From the sequence record SRR31156797_1267: DNA of 34,958 nt; one strand, given 5' to 3'. Numbering within the stretch: position 1 is the first letter of the stretch; every line of letters begins with the position of its first letter. This document shows positions 1 through 8,788 of this stretch, piece after piece. Both the position numbers and the translations under genes were made by a program. The notes beneath the pieces were generated by a model, which was not told the origin of the DNA, ran no database searches, and saw only the letters and a program-made list of their open reading frames with translations.

Positions 1-1374
1 ACCATGGAAAAAGAGGCCTTGACCCTGGAATCCCTTGCCCTGGCAACGGCGGCGAGGAATTCCGAAGGCTTTGTCATCGTTCAGGTGGAAAGGATGGCCG
101 AGGCCGGGACCTTGAATGCGAGACAGGTGAAAATTCCGGGGATCATGGTGGACTGCGTGGTTGTGGCCAGCCCCGAAAACCACTGGCAGACCTTTGCCGT
201 TCAATACAACCCGTCCTTCAGCAGTGAAGTGAAAGTCCCCGTACAATCCATTGAACCCATGGAGATGTGTCCCAGAAAGATCGTCGCCAGGAGAGCCGCC
301 TTTGAACTGAAGGCAAACAGCGTGGTGAACCTGGGCATCGGCATGCCCGAAGGGATTGCCAATGTGGCCAATGAGGAGAAAATTCTGGATTATATCACCT
401 TAACCGCGGAGCCCGGGGTCATCGGGGGGGTTCCTGCGGGAGGATTGAATTTTGGGGCCGCCACCAACACCGAGGCGCTGATCGATCAGCCCTACCAGTT
501 TGATTTCTACGACGGCGGGGGTCTGGATATGGCCTTTTTGGGGCTGGCCCAGGCGGACAAGGCGGGAAACTTGAATGTGAGCAAGTTCGGCCCGAAACTG
601 GCCGGTGCGGGGGGGTTCATCAACATCAGCCAGAATGCCAAAGAGGTTGTTTTCGTGGGCACCTTTACGGCCGGCGGACTGAAAGCCTCAGTGGATCGCG
701 GAAAGCTCGGGATTGTTCAGGAGGGGAAGATCCGGAAATTTGTGGAAGCGGTTGAGCATGTGACTTTCAGCGGAAAGTATGCAAAGAAGAAACAACAGCC
801 GGTTCTATATATCACGGAACGTTGCGTGTTCTCCTTAACGGAAGAGGGCATGGAACTGACGGAGATGGCGCCCGGCATGGATCTGGAGAGGGACATTCTT
901 CCGTGGATGGATTTTATGCCCGTAATCAAGGGGCAACCGCGCCGGATGGATCAAAGGATATTCATGCCCGAACCCATGGGCCTGAAGGAGCGCTTACTGA
1001 CCCTTACCCTGGAGGAGCGTTTGAGCTATGATCCAAAGGAGAACATTTTCTTCGTTAACTTTGAAGGGTTCTCGGTGAGAACGCGCCGGGACGTCCAGGA
1101 TGTGAAGGCGGCGGTGGAAAAGATCATTGAACCTCTGGGCGGAAAAGTCTATGCCATCGTAAATTACGATAATTTTGACATCTTGCCCGAAATGCTGAGT
1201 GAGTACACAAGTATGGTGAAACATCTCGTGGATACGTACTACTCGGGTGTTTCAAGATATACGACCAGCACATTCCTTCGGATGAAGTTGGGGGAGGCCC
1301 TGAAACAGAGAGATGTTTCCCCCCATATTTTTGAGAGCGGAATTGAGGCGAAGAAAGCCCTGGGAAGAGCGTAG
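1..1374 (+). CDS. Acyl-CoA:acetate/propionate CoA-transferase (family I, fused YdiF/Pct type), 5'-truncated, with an extra C-terminal domain
   Basis: [10 protein letters not shown], catalytic-Glu motif [21 protein letters not shown] and [13 protein letters not shown]. The frame is open from base 1 (ACC ATG), and MEKEALTLE is internal in this family, so the start lies upstream of the window. Confidence 0.9.
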   Translation, partial: TMEKEALTLESLALATAARNSEGFVIVQVERMAEAGTLNARQVKIPGIMVDCVVVASPENHWQTFAVQYNPSFSSEVKVPVQSIEPMEMCPRKIVARRAAFELKANSVVNLGIGMPEGIANVANEEKILDYITLTAEPGVIGGVPAGGLNFGAATNTEALIDQPYQFDFYDGGGLDMAFLGLAQADKAGNLNVSKFGPKLAGAGGFINISQNAKEVVFVGTFTAGGLKASVDRGKLGIVQEGKIRKFVEAVEHVTFSGKYAKKKQQPVLYITERCVFSLTEEGMELTEMAPGMDLERDILPWMDFMPVIKGQPRRMDQRIFMPEPMGLKERLLTLTLEERLSYDPKENIFFVNFEGFSVRTRRDVQDVKAAVEKIIEPLGGKVYAIVNYDNFDILPEMLSEYTSMVKHLVDTYYSGVSRYTTSTFLRMKLGEALKQRDVSPHIFESGIEAKKALGRA

Positions 1375-1385
1375 GCAGATTATGC

Positions 1386-1414
1386 TTGAGTCTTGAAAGA
1401 GAATACCTTATAAA
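1386..1414 (+). promoter_or_regulatory. Putative sigma70 promoter of the double-TetR gene
   Basis: TTGAGT (1386-1391), 17 nt, TATAAA (1409-1414). Confidence 0.45.
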
Positions 1415-1416
1415 TG

Positions 1417-1431
1417 TGACAGGTGATTCAT
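1417..1431. promoter_or_regulatory. Putative TetR operator TGACAGGTGATTCAT
   Basis: TGA-N8-TCA dyad just downstream of the -10; matches 2786-2800 at 13 of 15 positions. Confidence 0.6.
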
Positions 1432-1446
1432 TTATGAGGTTTTTTC

Positions 1447-2709
1447 ATGCCGAAGCCCGACAAACGCTCCCGCAACGTAAGGCCCCTGAAATCCAAAGGG
1501 ATGGCCACCCGATCCGCGATCCTGGATGCGGCCCATGAGGTCTTCAAGGACACCGGGTATTACGGTTCTTCCATATCGGAAATTTCCCGCCGTTGCGGCG
1601 TCTCCATGGGAACCTTCTACCACTACTTCAAGAACAAGGAACACGTATTCCTGGAGTTGAACGACGAGGTCATCGCCCGCTTCAAAATGCGCGCGGAGGA
1701 CTCGCCCCCCAAAGACCTCCGATTCCGGGACAGGCTGAGGAGCGTTATTCGGCTCCTCCTGGACCACACCACGGACAACTTCGCCTTTCACCGCATCCTG
1801 GGGGAGTCGGAACTCATCGACCGGGTGACCATCGCTTTTTACGATTCCATCACCCAATATTATAGGGATTTCTTTCACCGGGAAATTCAAGCGGGCAATA
1901 TGCGTTCACTGGATGCGGATGTTGCGGCCTACGGGCTCATCGGCATCTGTTATTTCAGCGCCAGCGACTGGGGAGCCCCCCATGAAAGGCTTTCCCTGGA
2001 CCGCATGACGGACCTGATCACCGATCTGGCCCTTACGGGCATCAGCGGACCGGCCCCCTGGAAGAAATCACCGGGATGGGATCTGTTCTCTCTCCCCGAT
2101 CCCGCCCCCCTTCATGCGGAAAACAGGGAACCCCTGACCAAAGGGGAAAAGACCCGGCAGGCCATATTGCGGGCCGCCGGCAAGGTGATCGGCCGGCACG
2201 GGATCAACCGGGCCAGCATCTCGGAGATCACCCGCGACGCCGGCGTTGCCCAAGGGACGTTCTACGTCCACTTCAAAAGCAAGAGCGATCTGGTCATCGG
2301 GTTCGTCCGGTACATCAACCGCGAACTGCGCAAAGAGATCCAGCGGTTCGCGTCCGTGACCCGAGACCGGCGGGATGCGGAACGGGTGGGCATGTTGACC
2401 TTTTTCAGATTCATCCGCCAGCACCGTGAGATCTACCGCGTGGTCCCCGAATGTGAAATGATCAGCCGTGAAGTGGCGCTCTGGTATTATCGGTCCTTGG
2501 CCGAAGGGTATATGAAAGGCCTGGAAAAGGGTATGGAACGGGGCGAAATCAGAGATCTTCCGGTGGCCTTCGCGGCCCGATCCCTCATGGGCTTCGTCCA
2601 TTTCATCGGACTCAAGCAGATCGTCTGGCACCCGGACCCGGAAACTGAAATCAGCGACCACCTTTTCAACGACATGGTTGAATTTGCCCTGTTCGGACTC
2701 AAACCTTAA
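1447..2709 (+). CDS. TetR/AcrR family regulator with two tandem TetR units
   Basis: Two HTH motifs (AILDAAHEVF...GVSMGTFYHYFKNKE and AILRAAGKVI...GVAQGTFYVHFKSKS), each followed by a ligand-binding domain; 420 aa. Confidence 0.92.
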   Translation: MPKPDKRSRNVRPLKSKGMATRSAILDAAHEVFKDTGYYGSSISEISRRCGVSMGTFYHYFKNKEHVFLELNDEVIARFKMRAEDSPPKDLRFRDRLRSVIRLLLDHTTDNFAFHRILGESELIDRVTIAFYDSITQYYRDFFHREIQAGNMRSLDADVAAYGLIGICYFSASDWGAPHERLSLDRMTDLITDLALTGISGPAPWKKSPGWDLFSLPDPAPLHAENREPLTKGEKTRQAILRAAGKVIGRHGINRASISEITRDAGVAQGTFYVHFKSKSDLVIGFVRYINRELRKEIQRFASVTRDRRDAERVGMLTFFRFIRQHREIYRVVPECEMISREVALWYYRSLAEGYMKGLEKGMERGEIRDLPVAFAARSLMGFVHFIGLKQIVWHPDPETEISDHLFNDMVEFALFGLKP

Positions 2710-2753
2710 CGGAATTCTTTTTAAAAATTTTCATGGAAAACCCATTTTTTTTG

Positions 2754-2782
2754 TTGACACCCGGGAAAAAATTTTGTAACAA
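2754..2782 (+). promoter_or_regulatory. Putative sigma70 promoter of the SDR...phaJ operon
   Basis: Perfect TTGACA at 2754-2759, 17 nt, weak -10 TAACAA at 2777-2782; A/T tracts upstream. Confidence 0.5.
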
Positions 2783-2785
2783 AAT

Positions 2786-2800
2786 TGATAGTTGATTCAT
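2786..2800. promoter_or_regulatory. Putative TetR operator TGATAGTTGATTCAT
   Basis: Near copy of 1417-1431, in a similar position just downstream of a -10. Confidence 0.6.
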
Positions 2801-2822
2801 ATTTCAAAAAAGGATCTTCCCC

Positions 2823-3569
2823 ATGGTCAATCTGGTCGGTAAAGTCGTGGTGGCAACAGGGGCGAGTTCAGGCATCGGCGCTGCCATGTCCAAGGTTTTT
2901 TCGAAAGAAGGGGCCAGGGTTGTTTTGACCGCCAGACGTCCGGATCGTCTGGCTGAAACGGCCGCCGGCTGCTCCGGAGAGACGCTCATCGTACCCGCCG
3001 ACCTGCTCGACGGGACCCATCGGGAAGCCCTTGTGGCGCACATCATGGACCGATGGGGCCGGATCGACATCCTCATGAACAACGCGGGGCTCGGTATGTA
3101 CGGCGATTTCGCCGCCGCCACCGAAGCCCAATGGCGACAAATCTTCGAAATCAACCTCTTTTCCGTTGTTTTTCTCACCCGGGCCGTACTTCCCATCATG
3201 ACCCGTCAAAAACAGGGGCTTATTGTCAACACGGCCTCCATCGGGGGGCTCATGGCCCACTCCAACCGTGTGACCCCCTATGTGGCCAGCAAACACGCCC
3301 TGGTCGGTTTTTCCCGCGGATTGGCCAAAGACCTGGAAGGGACCGGGATCAGGGTCCTGGCCGCCTGCCCCCACCTGACGGACACGGAGTTCTTCGAGGC
3401 CTCTCCGGGGGCCGAGGAAATGGCTTCCCAGGTGGAAAAATATAAATCATTCATGGACTCCCCCGAGGACGTGGCCAGGGGAATTGTCAGTCAACTGGAT
3501 TCTGAAAGGCTGGTGGTATTTCCCACGTCCAAACCGGCCAGGGCCTACGAAAAACAGAGGGATCTCTAA
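2823..3569 (+). CDS. SDR family oxidoreductase (probably NADP-dependent)
   Basis: TGASSGIG, basic TARR after beta-2, NNAG, YVASK. Confidence 0.9.
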   Translation: MVNLVGKVVVATGASSGIGAAMSKVFSKEGARVVLTARRPDRLAETAAGCSGETLIVPADLLDGTHREALVAHIMDRWGRIDILMNNAGLGMYGDFAAATEAQWRQIFEINLFSVVFLTRAVLPIMTRQKQGLIVNTASIGGLMAHSNRVTPYVASKHALVGFSRGLAKDLEGTGIRVLAACPHLTDTEFFEASPGAEEMASQVEKYKSFMDSPEDVARGIVSQLDSERLVVFPTSKPARAYEKQRDL

Positions 3570-3602
3570 GCGGATTCCAAAATAAACGAGGAAAACAGAT
3601 CC

Positions 3603-4349
3603 GTGAAAACCAAGAAAGTCAGCACAGCGCTGGTCATCGGAGGCGGTTCCGGCATGGGACGTTCCGCGGCGGCGGCCCTGGGGAGCTCGGGGATCCGGGT
3701 CTTTGTGGCGGATCTGGATGTGGCGGCGGCCCGTGATACCGTTTCAGACATTTTGGCGCCGGACGTCCGGGGAGAGGCTTACCAAGTGGATGTTTCCCAA
3801 AGCGATTCCGTGGGCGCCCTGTTTCAGGCCCTGAGGGAGCGCGTGGACCGGCTGGATCTCCTGGTCCATACGGCGGCCATGCTGGGTCAGACCGTCTTCG
3901 TGGAAGACATGACGGATATAGAGTGGCGAAAAATGATGGCCGTCAATCTGGACGGCGTGTTTTACGCCTGCCGGGAGGCGGTCCGCTGGATGAAAGAGCA
4001 TAAGACGGGCCGCATCATCCTTTTCAGTTCGGTGGCATCCCTTGCCCCGACGCCCGGGGCGCTCCACTACAGCGCGTCCAAGGGGGGGGTGAATATGCTG
4101 GGCAGGACCCTGGCCCGGGAGGTTGCCAGGCACAATATCCGCGTGAACGTGGTGGCCCCGGGATATATCGAAACCCCCATGCTGGACGGTTTGCCTGAGG
4201 GGTTTTCCAACTACATTGTTAAAAAAACACCCCTTGGGCGGATGGGGAAACCGGAGGAGATCGGTTCACTGGTGGCGTTTCTGGCATCGGCTGAAGCGGA
4301 TTTCTTCACCGGCCAGGTTCTGAGCCCAAACGGCGGATTTGTGATTTGA
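3603..4349 (+). CDS. SDR family oxidoreductase, FabG/PhaB-like 3-oxoacyl reductase (probably NAD-dependent)
   Basis: GGGSGMG, acidic ADLD, YSASKGG, IRVNVVAPGYIETPM, TPLGRMG, FTGQVLSPNGG; GTG start. Confidence 0.88.
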   Translation: MKTKKVSTALVIGGGSGMGRSAAAALGSSGIRVFVADLDVAAARDTVSDILAPDVRGEAYQVDVSQSDSVGALFQALRERVDRLDLLVHTAAMLGQTVFVEDMTDIEWRKMMAVNLDGVFYACREAVRWMKEHKTGRIILFSSVASLAPTPGALHYSASKGGVNMLGRTLAREVARHNIRVNVVAPGYIETPMLDGLPEGFSNYIVKKTPLGRMGKPEEIGSLVAFLASAEADFFTGQVLSPNGGFVI

Positions 4350-4367
4350 TTTCAAGGGAATAGATAG

Positions 4368-5186
4368 ATGAATGAACCGTTCGAACATCTGATTGTGAAA
4401 TCCGGGGGCCAAGAGATATGTTGGGTCACCATCAATCGGCCCCAGGACCGGAATTCCATCAACTCGGAACTCATGGCCGAACTGACCCGGTTGCTGGACC
4501 GGATGGAGCAGACCCCGACCCGGGCTTTGGTCTTTACCGGGGCCGGGGAGACTTACTTCATCGGCGGCGCCGACGGCATCGAAATGATGCAGTGTGATGG
4601 AAAAGCGGCAAAGGATTTCTCTTCACGGATCCAGGGATTGTTCCTCCGGATGGAGCAAAGTCCCCTCATCCTGGTGGCCGCCATCAAGGGCTTATGTTTC
4701 GGGGGCGGCTATGAGTTCGCCCTGGCATGCGACCTCCGGGTGGTAACGGAAGATGCCCGCATCGGCCTGCCCGAGGTGAAGGTGGGGCTCATCCCCGGCG
4801 GAGGAGGCACCCAGCGTTTGCCCAGGCTGGTCGGTTTCGGTCGGGCCATGGAGATGATCCTGGGCGGCAGGCTCTACAAGGGGTCGGAGGCCGCTGAAAT
4901 GGGACTGGTCCATCGGGCGGTAAAACCGGACAAACTCGCGCAAGGCGTTACCGAACTGCTGAAACCCATCCTCAGACAACCCCAATATGCCCTCTCCCTG
5001 GCCAAACGGGCGGTGCACGCTTCCAAATCGCAATCTCTGGAACAAGGGCTAGAGACGGAAAGCGAGCAGTTCAGCCACTGTTTCGACCATGATTTTTTCC
5101 CCGATCTCATGGCCGGGCAACTAAAAGATGGGACCCTTGAAACCACGGCGGATGTTTCCGGCTTTTTAGGAGGAAGAAAAAAATGA
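4368..5186 (+). CDS. Enoyl-CoA hydratase/isomerase (crotonase family)
   Basis: GGAD oxyanion loop, GGGYEFALACD and GLPEVKVGLIPGGGGTQRLPRLVG with both catalytic Glu. Confidence 0.92.
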   Translation: MNEPFEHLIVKSGGQEICWVTINRPQDRNSINSELMAELTRLLDRMEQTPTRALVFTGAGETYFIGGADGIEMMQCDGKAAKDFSSRIQGLFLRMEQSPLILVAAIKGLCFGGGYEFALACDLRVVTEDARIGLPEVKVGLIPGGGGTQRLPRLVGFGRAMEMILGGRLYKGSEAAEMGLVHRAVKPDKLAQGVTELLKPILRQPQYALSLAKRAVHASKSQSLEQGLETESEQFSHCFDHDFFPDLMAGQLKDGTLETTADVSGFLGGRKK

Positions 5187-5758
5187 AAGTTCTGGGCATC
5201 GCGGGAAGTTTGCGGCCGAAAAGCAACACCCTCCAATATGTTGAGAAGGCTCTTGGGGTCATGAATGAAGCGGGGCTTGAGACCAGGCTCGTCTCCCTTC
5301 GGGGAAAAGAGATCAAGCCGTGCAACGGATGTTACGACTGTGTCAAGAAGGGGTATTGCACCATTGAAGGGGACGATTTCGATGAAATTCTGGAGGAGAT
5401 ACGCCAGGCCGAAGGCCTCGTTCTGGGCTCGCCGGTCTACCTCAGCTCCGTGGTCCCCCAGATGATGGCCCTTCTGGCCCGGGCCACCTTTGTGGCCTAC
5501 TGGAACGACAAGTTTCTTTCGGGCAAAGTGGGCGGGCCCATTACCGTGGCCCGAAGAGCCGGACACAATGTGGCCTTTTCCCAGCTCCTTCTGTGGTTCT
5601 TCATCAACGGGGTCACGGTGCCGGGATCCACCTACTGGAACGTGGGCATGGCAGGCGCCGGGGGGGCGAGAGATGCTGAAAACGACCGGGAGGGTCTGGA
5701 GACCGTGGTCAATTTCGCGGGCAACATGGTCCGGGTGATGGAAAAGATTTTTGCGTGA
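5183..5758 (+). CDS. Iron-sulfur flavoprotein (Isf / NADPH-dependent FMN reductase, flavodoxin fold)
   Basis: GSLRPKSNT, CNGCYDC...C cluster motif, GSPVY, ARRAG; ATGA overlap with the upstream gene. Confidence 0.88.
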   Translation: MKVLGIAGSLRPKSNTLQYVEKALGVMNEAGLETRLVSLRGKEIKPCNGCYDCVKKGYCTIEGDDFDEILEEIRQAEGLVLGSPVYLSSVVPQMMALLARATFVAYWNDKFLSGKVGGPITVARRAGHNVAFSQLLLWFFINGVTVPGSTYWNVGMAGAGGARDAENDREGLETVVNFAGNMVRVMEKIFA

Positions 5759-5780
5759 TGAAAATGAAAGGGGCATGAAA

Positions 5781-7301
5781 ATGATACCCGGAATCGGTTC
5801 CTGGCTCACCAAGCGGGCGGTCCTCACCCCGAACAAGGAGGCCGTGGTGGACGGGGGGAAACGTTTCACCTATGGGCAGCTCAACGGACGGGTGAACCGC
5901 CTCTCAAAAGCACTTCAGGGGCTGGGGGTCAAGAGCGGGGATCGGCTGAGCATCCTCTCCGTCAATTGCGTGGAATATGTGGAAACCATCATGGCCACAG
6001 CCAAACTGGGCGCCATACTGGTCCCCCTGAACTGGCGTCTGGCACCCACGGAGCTCACCTTTATCCTCAATGACAGCGGAACCGAAACCCTCCTTTTCCA
6101 TCCCGATTTTTTGGATGCGGCAAACAGCCTCAGGGAGAAGACCGGACTCAAACGGAAAATGGTCCTTGGACGGGAAGAGATGGACGGGGCAGAGGCCTAC
6201 GAAGAGCTTCTGGAATCCCAAAGCGACCACGAGCCGATCCCCGACAAGGTTCCGGACCTGGATACCCCCCACATCATCATGTACACGGCCGGCACCACGG
6301 GGCAACCGAAAGGGGCCGTCCTGAGCCAGGGGGCCGGTTTCTGGAACGCGGTCAACCTCGCCGTATCAATGGATTTCACTTCCAACGACCGAAACCTGGC
6401 GGTTTTGCCCATGTTCCATATCGGAGGCATCGGCCTTTTCACCCTGCCCATGCTCTACCTGGGGGGCACGGTGGTCATTCAGGGCGCCTTTGAGCCGGCC
6501 CGGACCCTGGAGCTGCTTGAATCCGAAGAGATCACCCTCTTCTTCGGCGTGGCGGCCATCTTCCTCTTCCTGATTCAACATCCCCAATTCGACAGCAAAG
6601 CCTTTAAAAACGTCCGGGTGGTCATGAGCGGGGGAGCGCCCCTGCCCGTGAGCCTGGTCCACCAATATGGCGATGCCGGCGTCATGCTCCAGCAGGGATT
6701 CGGCATGAGCGAAGCAGCACCCAGTATCGCCACCCTTTCAAAGGATCTGGCCGTGCAAAAGGCCGGTTCCATCGGAAAAGCCCTGATGCATGTGGAGGCC
6801 CGGGTGGTGGACGAACAAATGAAGGTGTTGCCCCCGGACCGGGTGGGGGAGTTGGTGATCCGGGGGCCCAACCTGATGCAGGGCTACTGGAACCGGGTTG
6901 ATGCCACCAGGGAAGCCTTTAGGGGCGGATGGTTTCATACGGGGGACCTGGCCCGGATGGACCCGGAGGGGGACCTCTATATTGTGGACCGGAAAAAGGA
7001 TATGTTCATCTCCGGCGGGGAAAACGTCTACCCCGCCGAGGTGGAAAACGCCATCTACGAACTGCCTCAGGTCTCGGAGACGGCAGTCATCGGCATAAAG
7101 GACGAAAAATGGGGAGAGGTGGGCATGGCGGTGGTGGTTGTCAAAGAAGGGGGGGGACTCACGCAGGAACAGGTCATGGCGCATCTGAAAGGGAGGCTTG
7201 CAAAATACAAAATTCCAAAAAGTATCGTGTTTACGGACCTTTTGCCCCGCAATGCGGCGGGCAAGGTCTTAAAAAACGTTTTGCGAGAGACGTACTCCTA
7301 A
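5781..7301 (+). CDS. Acyl-CoA synthetase (AMP-forming, FadD/MenE-like)
   Basis: YTAGTTGQPKG, GFGMSE, WFHTGDL, DRKKDMFISGGENVYPAEVE, LPRNAAGK. ATG 5781 follows AAAGGGG; 5775 is an alternative start. Confidence 0.92.
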   Translation: MIPGIGSWLTKRAVLTPNKEAVVDGGKRFTYGQLNGRVNRLSKALQGLGVKSGDRLSILSVNCVEYVETIMATAKLGAILVPLNWRLAPTELTFILNDSGTETLLFHPDFLDAANSLREKTGLKRKMVLGREEMDGAEAYEELLESQSDHEPIPDKVPDLDTPHIIMYTAGTTGQPKGAVLSQGAGFWNAVNLAVSMDFTSNDRNLAVLPMFHIGGIGLFTLPMLYLGGTVVIQGAFEPARTLELLESEEITLFFGVAAIFLFLIQHPQFDSKAFKNVRVVMSGGAPLPVSLVHQYGDAGVMLQQGFGMSEAAPSIATLSKDLAVQKAGSIGKALMHVEARVVDEQMKVLPPDRVGELVIRGPNLMQGYWNRVDATREAFRGGWFHTGDLARMDPEGDLYIVDRKKDMFISGGENVYPAEVENAIYELPQVSETAVIGIKDEKWGEVGMAVVVVKEGGGLTQEQVMAHLKGRLAKYKIPKSIVFTDLLPRNAAGKVLKNVLRETYS

Positions 7302-7476
7302 GGGTGGAAAATGACATATTTTACGCGGGATCTTAAGGGATCGCTCAAAACTGAGAAAGGAGGATTGGGGGAGTCGTAAGGAAAAAATTGGAGCAGGCAT
7401 CAGCCGCCCCGGATCGGACCGGGGATTGTTGAGATGGAATGGACAACACAATCAGTCAAGGAGAAAGGAGAGCAAA

Positions 7477-8679
7477 ATGAACGTAAAAAAGTTTTTTTGT
7501 ATCTTGGTGTTGGCACTGGTGGCATCAGCCTTTGCGGCGTTCCCGGTCATGGCGGAAAAACCCATTAAAATCGGAATCATTCAAGGATTAAGCGGACCTT
7601 ATGAGATCTACGGCAAAGCGGAAGTGACAGGATTCAAGATGGGGCTGGAATACTTCACCAAGGGGACCAACAAGATCGCCGGCAGACCCGTGGAATTGAT
7701 CGTGGAAGATACCCAGTTGAAGGCTGCAAGGGCCAAGATGCTCCTGACCAAACTGTACAGTGACGACAAGGTGGATCTGGCGGTCGGTCCCACCAGCAGC
7801 GGCGTGGCCCTGGCCGTGCTCCCCGTTGCCCGACAGTTCAAGAAGATCCTTATTGTTGAACCGGCGGTTGCGGACTCCATTACCGGAAAAAACTGGAACC
7901 GCTACATCTTCAGAACCGGTCGCAATTCCAGTCAGGACGCAATCAGCAATGCCGCGGCCGTTTCCAAACCCGGCGTCAGCATCGCCTGCATCGCCCAGGA
8001 TTACGCTTTCGGTAAAGACGGCGTCGCGGCCTACAAGGAAGCTGCGGAAAAGCTGGGCGCGAAAGTGGTTGCCGAGGAGTATTGCGATCCCAAGGGCACC
8101 GATTTTACGGCTCCCATCCAGCGGATTATCGAAGCCTTGAAAGACAAGCCGGAACCCAAATACGTGTTTGTCATCTGGGCCGGAAAGGGCGGCCCCATCC
8201 CCCAGCTCATTGCGGCGGGACTGGACAAGTACGGCATCCAGATCGCCAGCGGCGGCAACGTTCTGGCGGCTCTCAAACTCATGAAGCCTCTTAAGGGGAT
8301 GAAAGGCGCCATCTACTACTACTATGAAAATCCGAAAAACGAAGTGAATGACTGGCTGGTGAAAGAGCACTTCAAGCGCTTCAACGAACCGCCCGATTTC
8401 TTTACCTGCGGCGGGTTTGCAGCGGCGGGCGCCGTGGTGGAAGCCATCAAGAAAACGGGTGGGAAAACCGACACCGAGACCCTGATCACCACCATGGAGG
8501 GGATGGAGTTCATGACCCCCAAGGGGAAAATGAAATTCCGTAAAGACGACCATCAGGCGCTCCAGGAGATGTATGCGTTTCAGCTGGATACCAAGCCCGA
8601 TGTGGCATGGGCCATTCCCGTGTGTACCGAAGTGCTGGACATGGAAGTGACGGCGCCGCCGGTCGCCAACAAAAAGTAG
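7477..8679 (+). CDS. ABC transporter substrate-binding protein (LivJ/K-like, HAAT family)
   Basis: Signal peptide MNVKKFFCILVLALVASAFAAFPVMA, IKIGII...LSGP, YIFRTGRNSSQDA, AQDYAFG; RBS AAGGAG before ATG 7477. Confidence 0.9.
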   Translation: MNVKKFFCILVLALVASAFAAFPVMAEKPIKIGIIQGLSGPYEIYGKAEVTGFKMGLEYFTKGTNKIAGRPVELIVEDTQLKAARAKMLLTKLYSDDKVDLAVGPTSSGVALAVLPVARQFKKILIVEPAVADSITGKNWNRYIFRTGRNSSQDAISNAAAVSKPGVSIACIAQDYAFGKDGVAAYKEAAEKLGAKVVAEEYCDPKGTDFTAPIQRIIEALKDKPEPKYVFVIWAGKGGPIPQLIAAGLDKYGIQIASGGNVLAALKLMKPLKGMKGAIYYYYENPKNEVNDWLVKEHFKRFNEPPDFFTCGGFAAAGAVVEAIKKTGGKTDTETLITTMEGMEFMTPKGKMKFRKDDHQALQEMYAFQLDTKPDVAWAIPVCTEVLDMEVTAPPVANKK

Positions 8680-8699
8680 AACTCAATATCTTGGGAAAA

Positions 8700-8726
8700 A
8701 CCACGCGGACGTTCTGTCCGCGTGGT
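8700..8726. other. Intergenic stem-loop after the binding-protein gene
   Basis: ACCACGCGGAC-gttct-GTCCGCGTGGT, perfect 11-bp stem, no U-tract on the + strand. Confidence 0.7.
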
Positions 8727-8788
8727 ACCGTGAGTCTCGTCACTTGTGACTCTTTACCCGTCACTTATCACTTGGTAAGGTGATTCAG

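Noticed and set aside
8778-8787. AGGTGATTCA, identical to part of the putative TetR operator
   Set aside because: It lacks the left TGA half-site and is explained as the Shine-Dalgarno region (TAAGGTGAT) of livG
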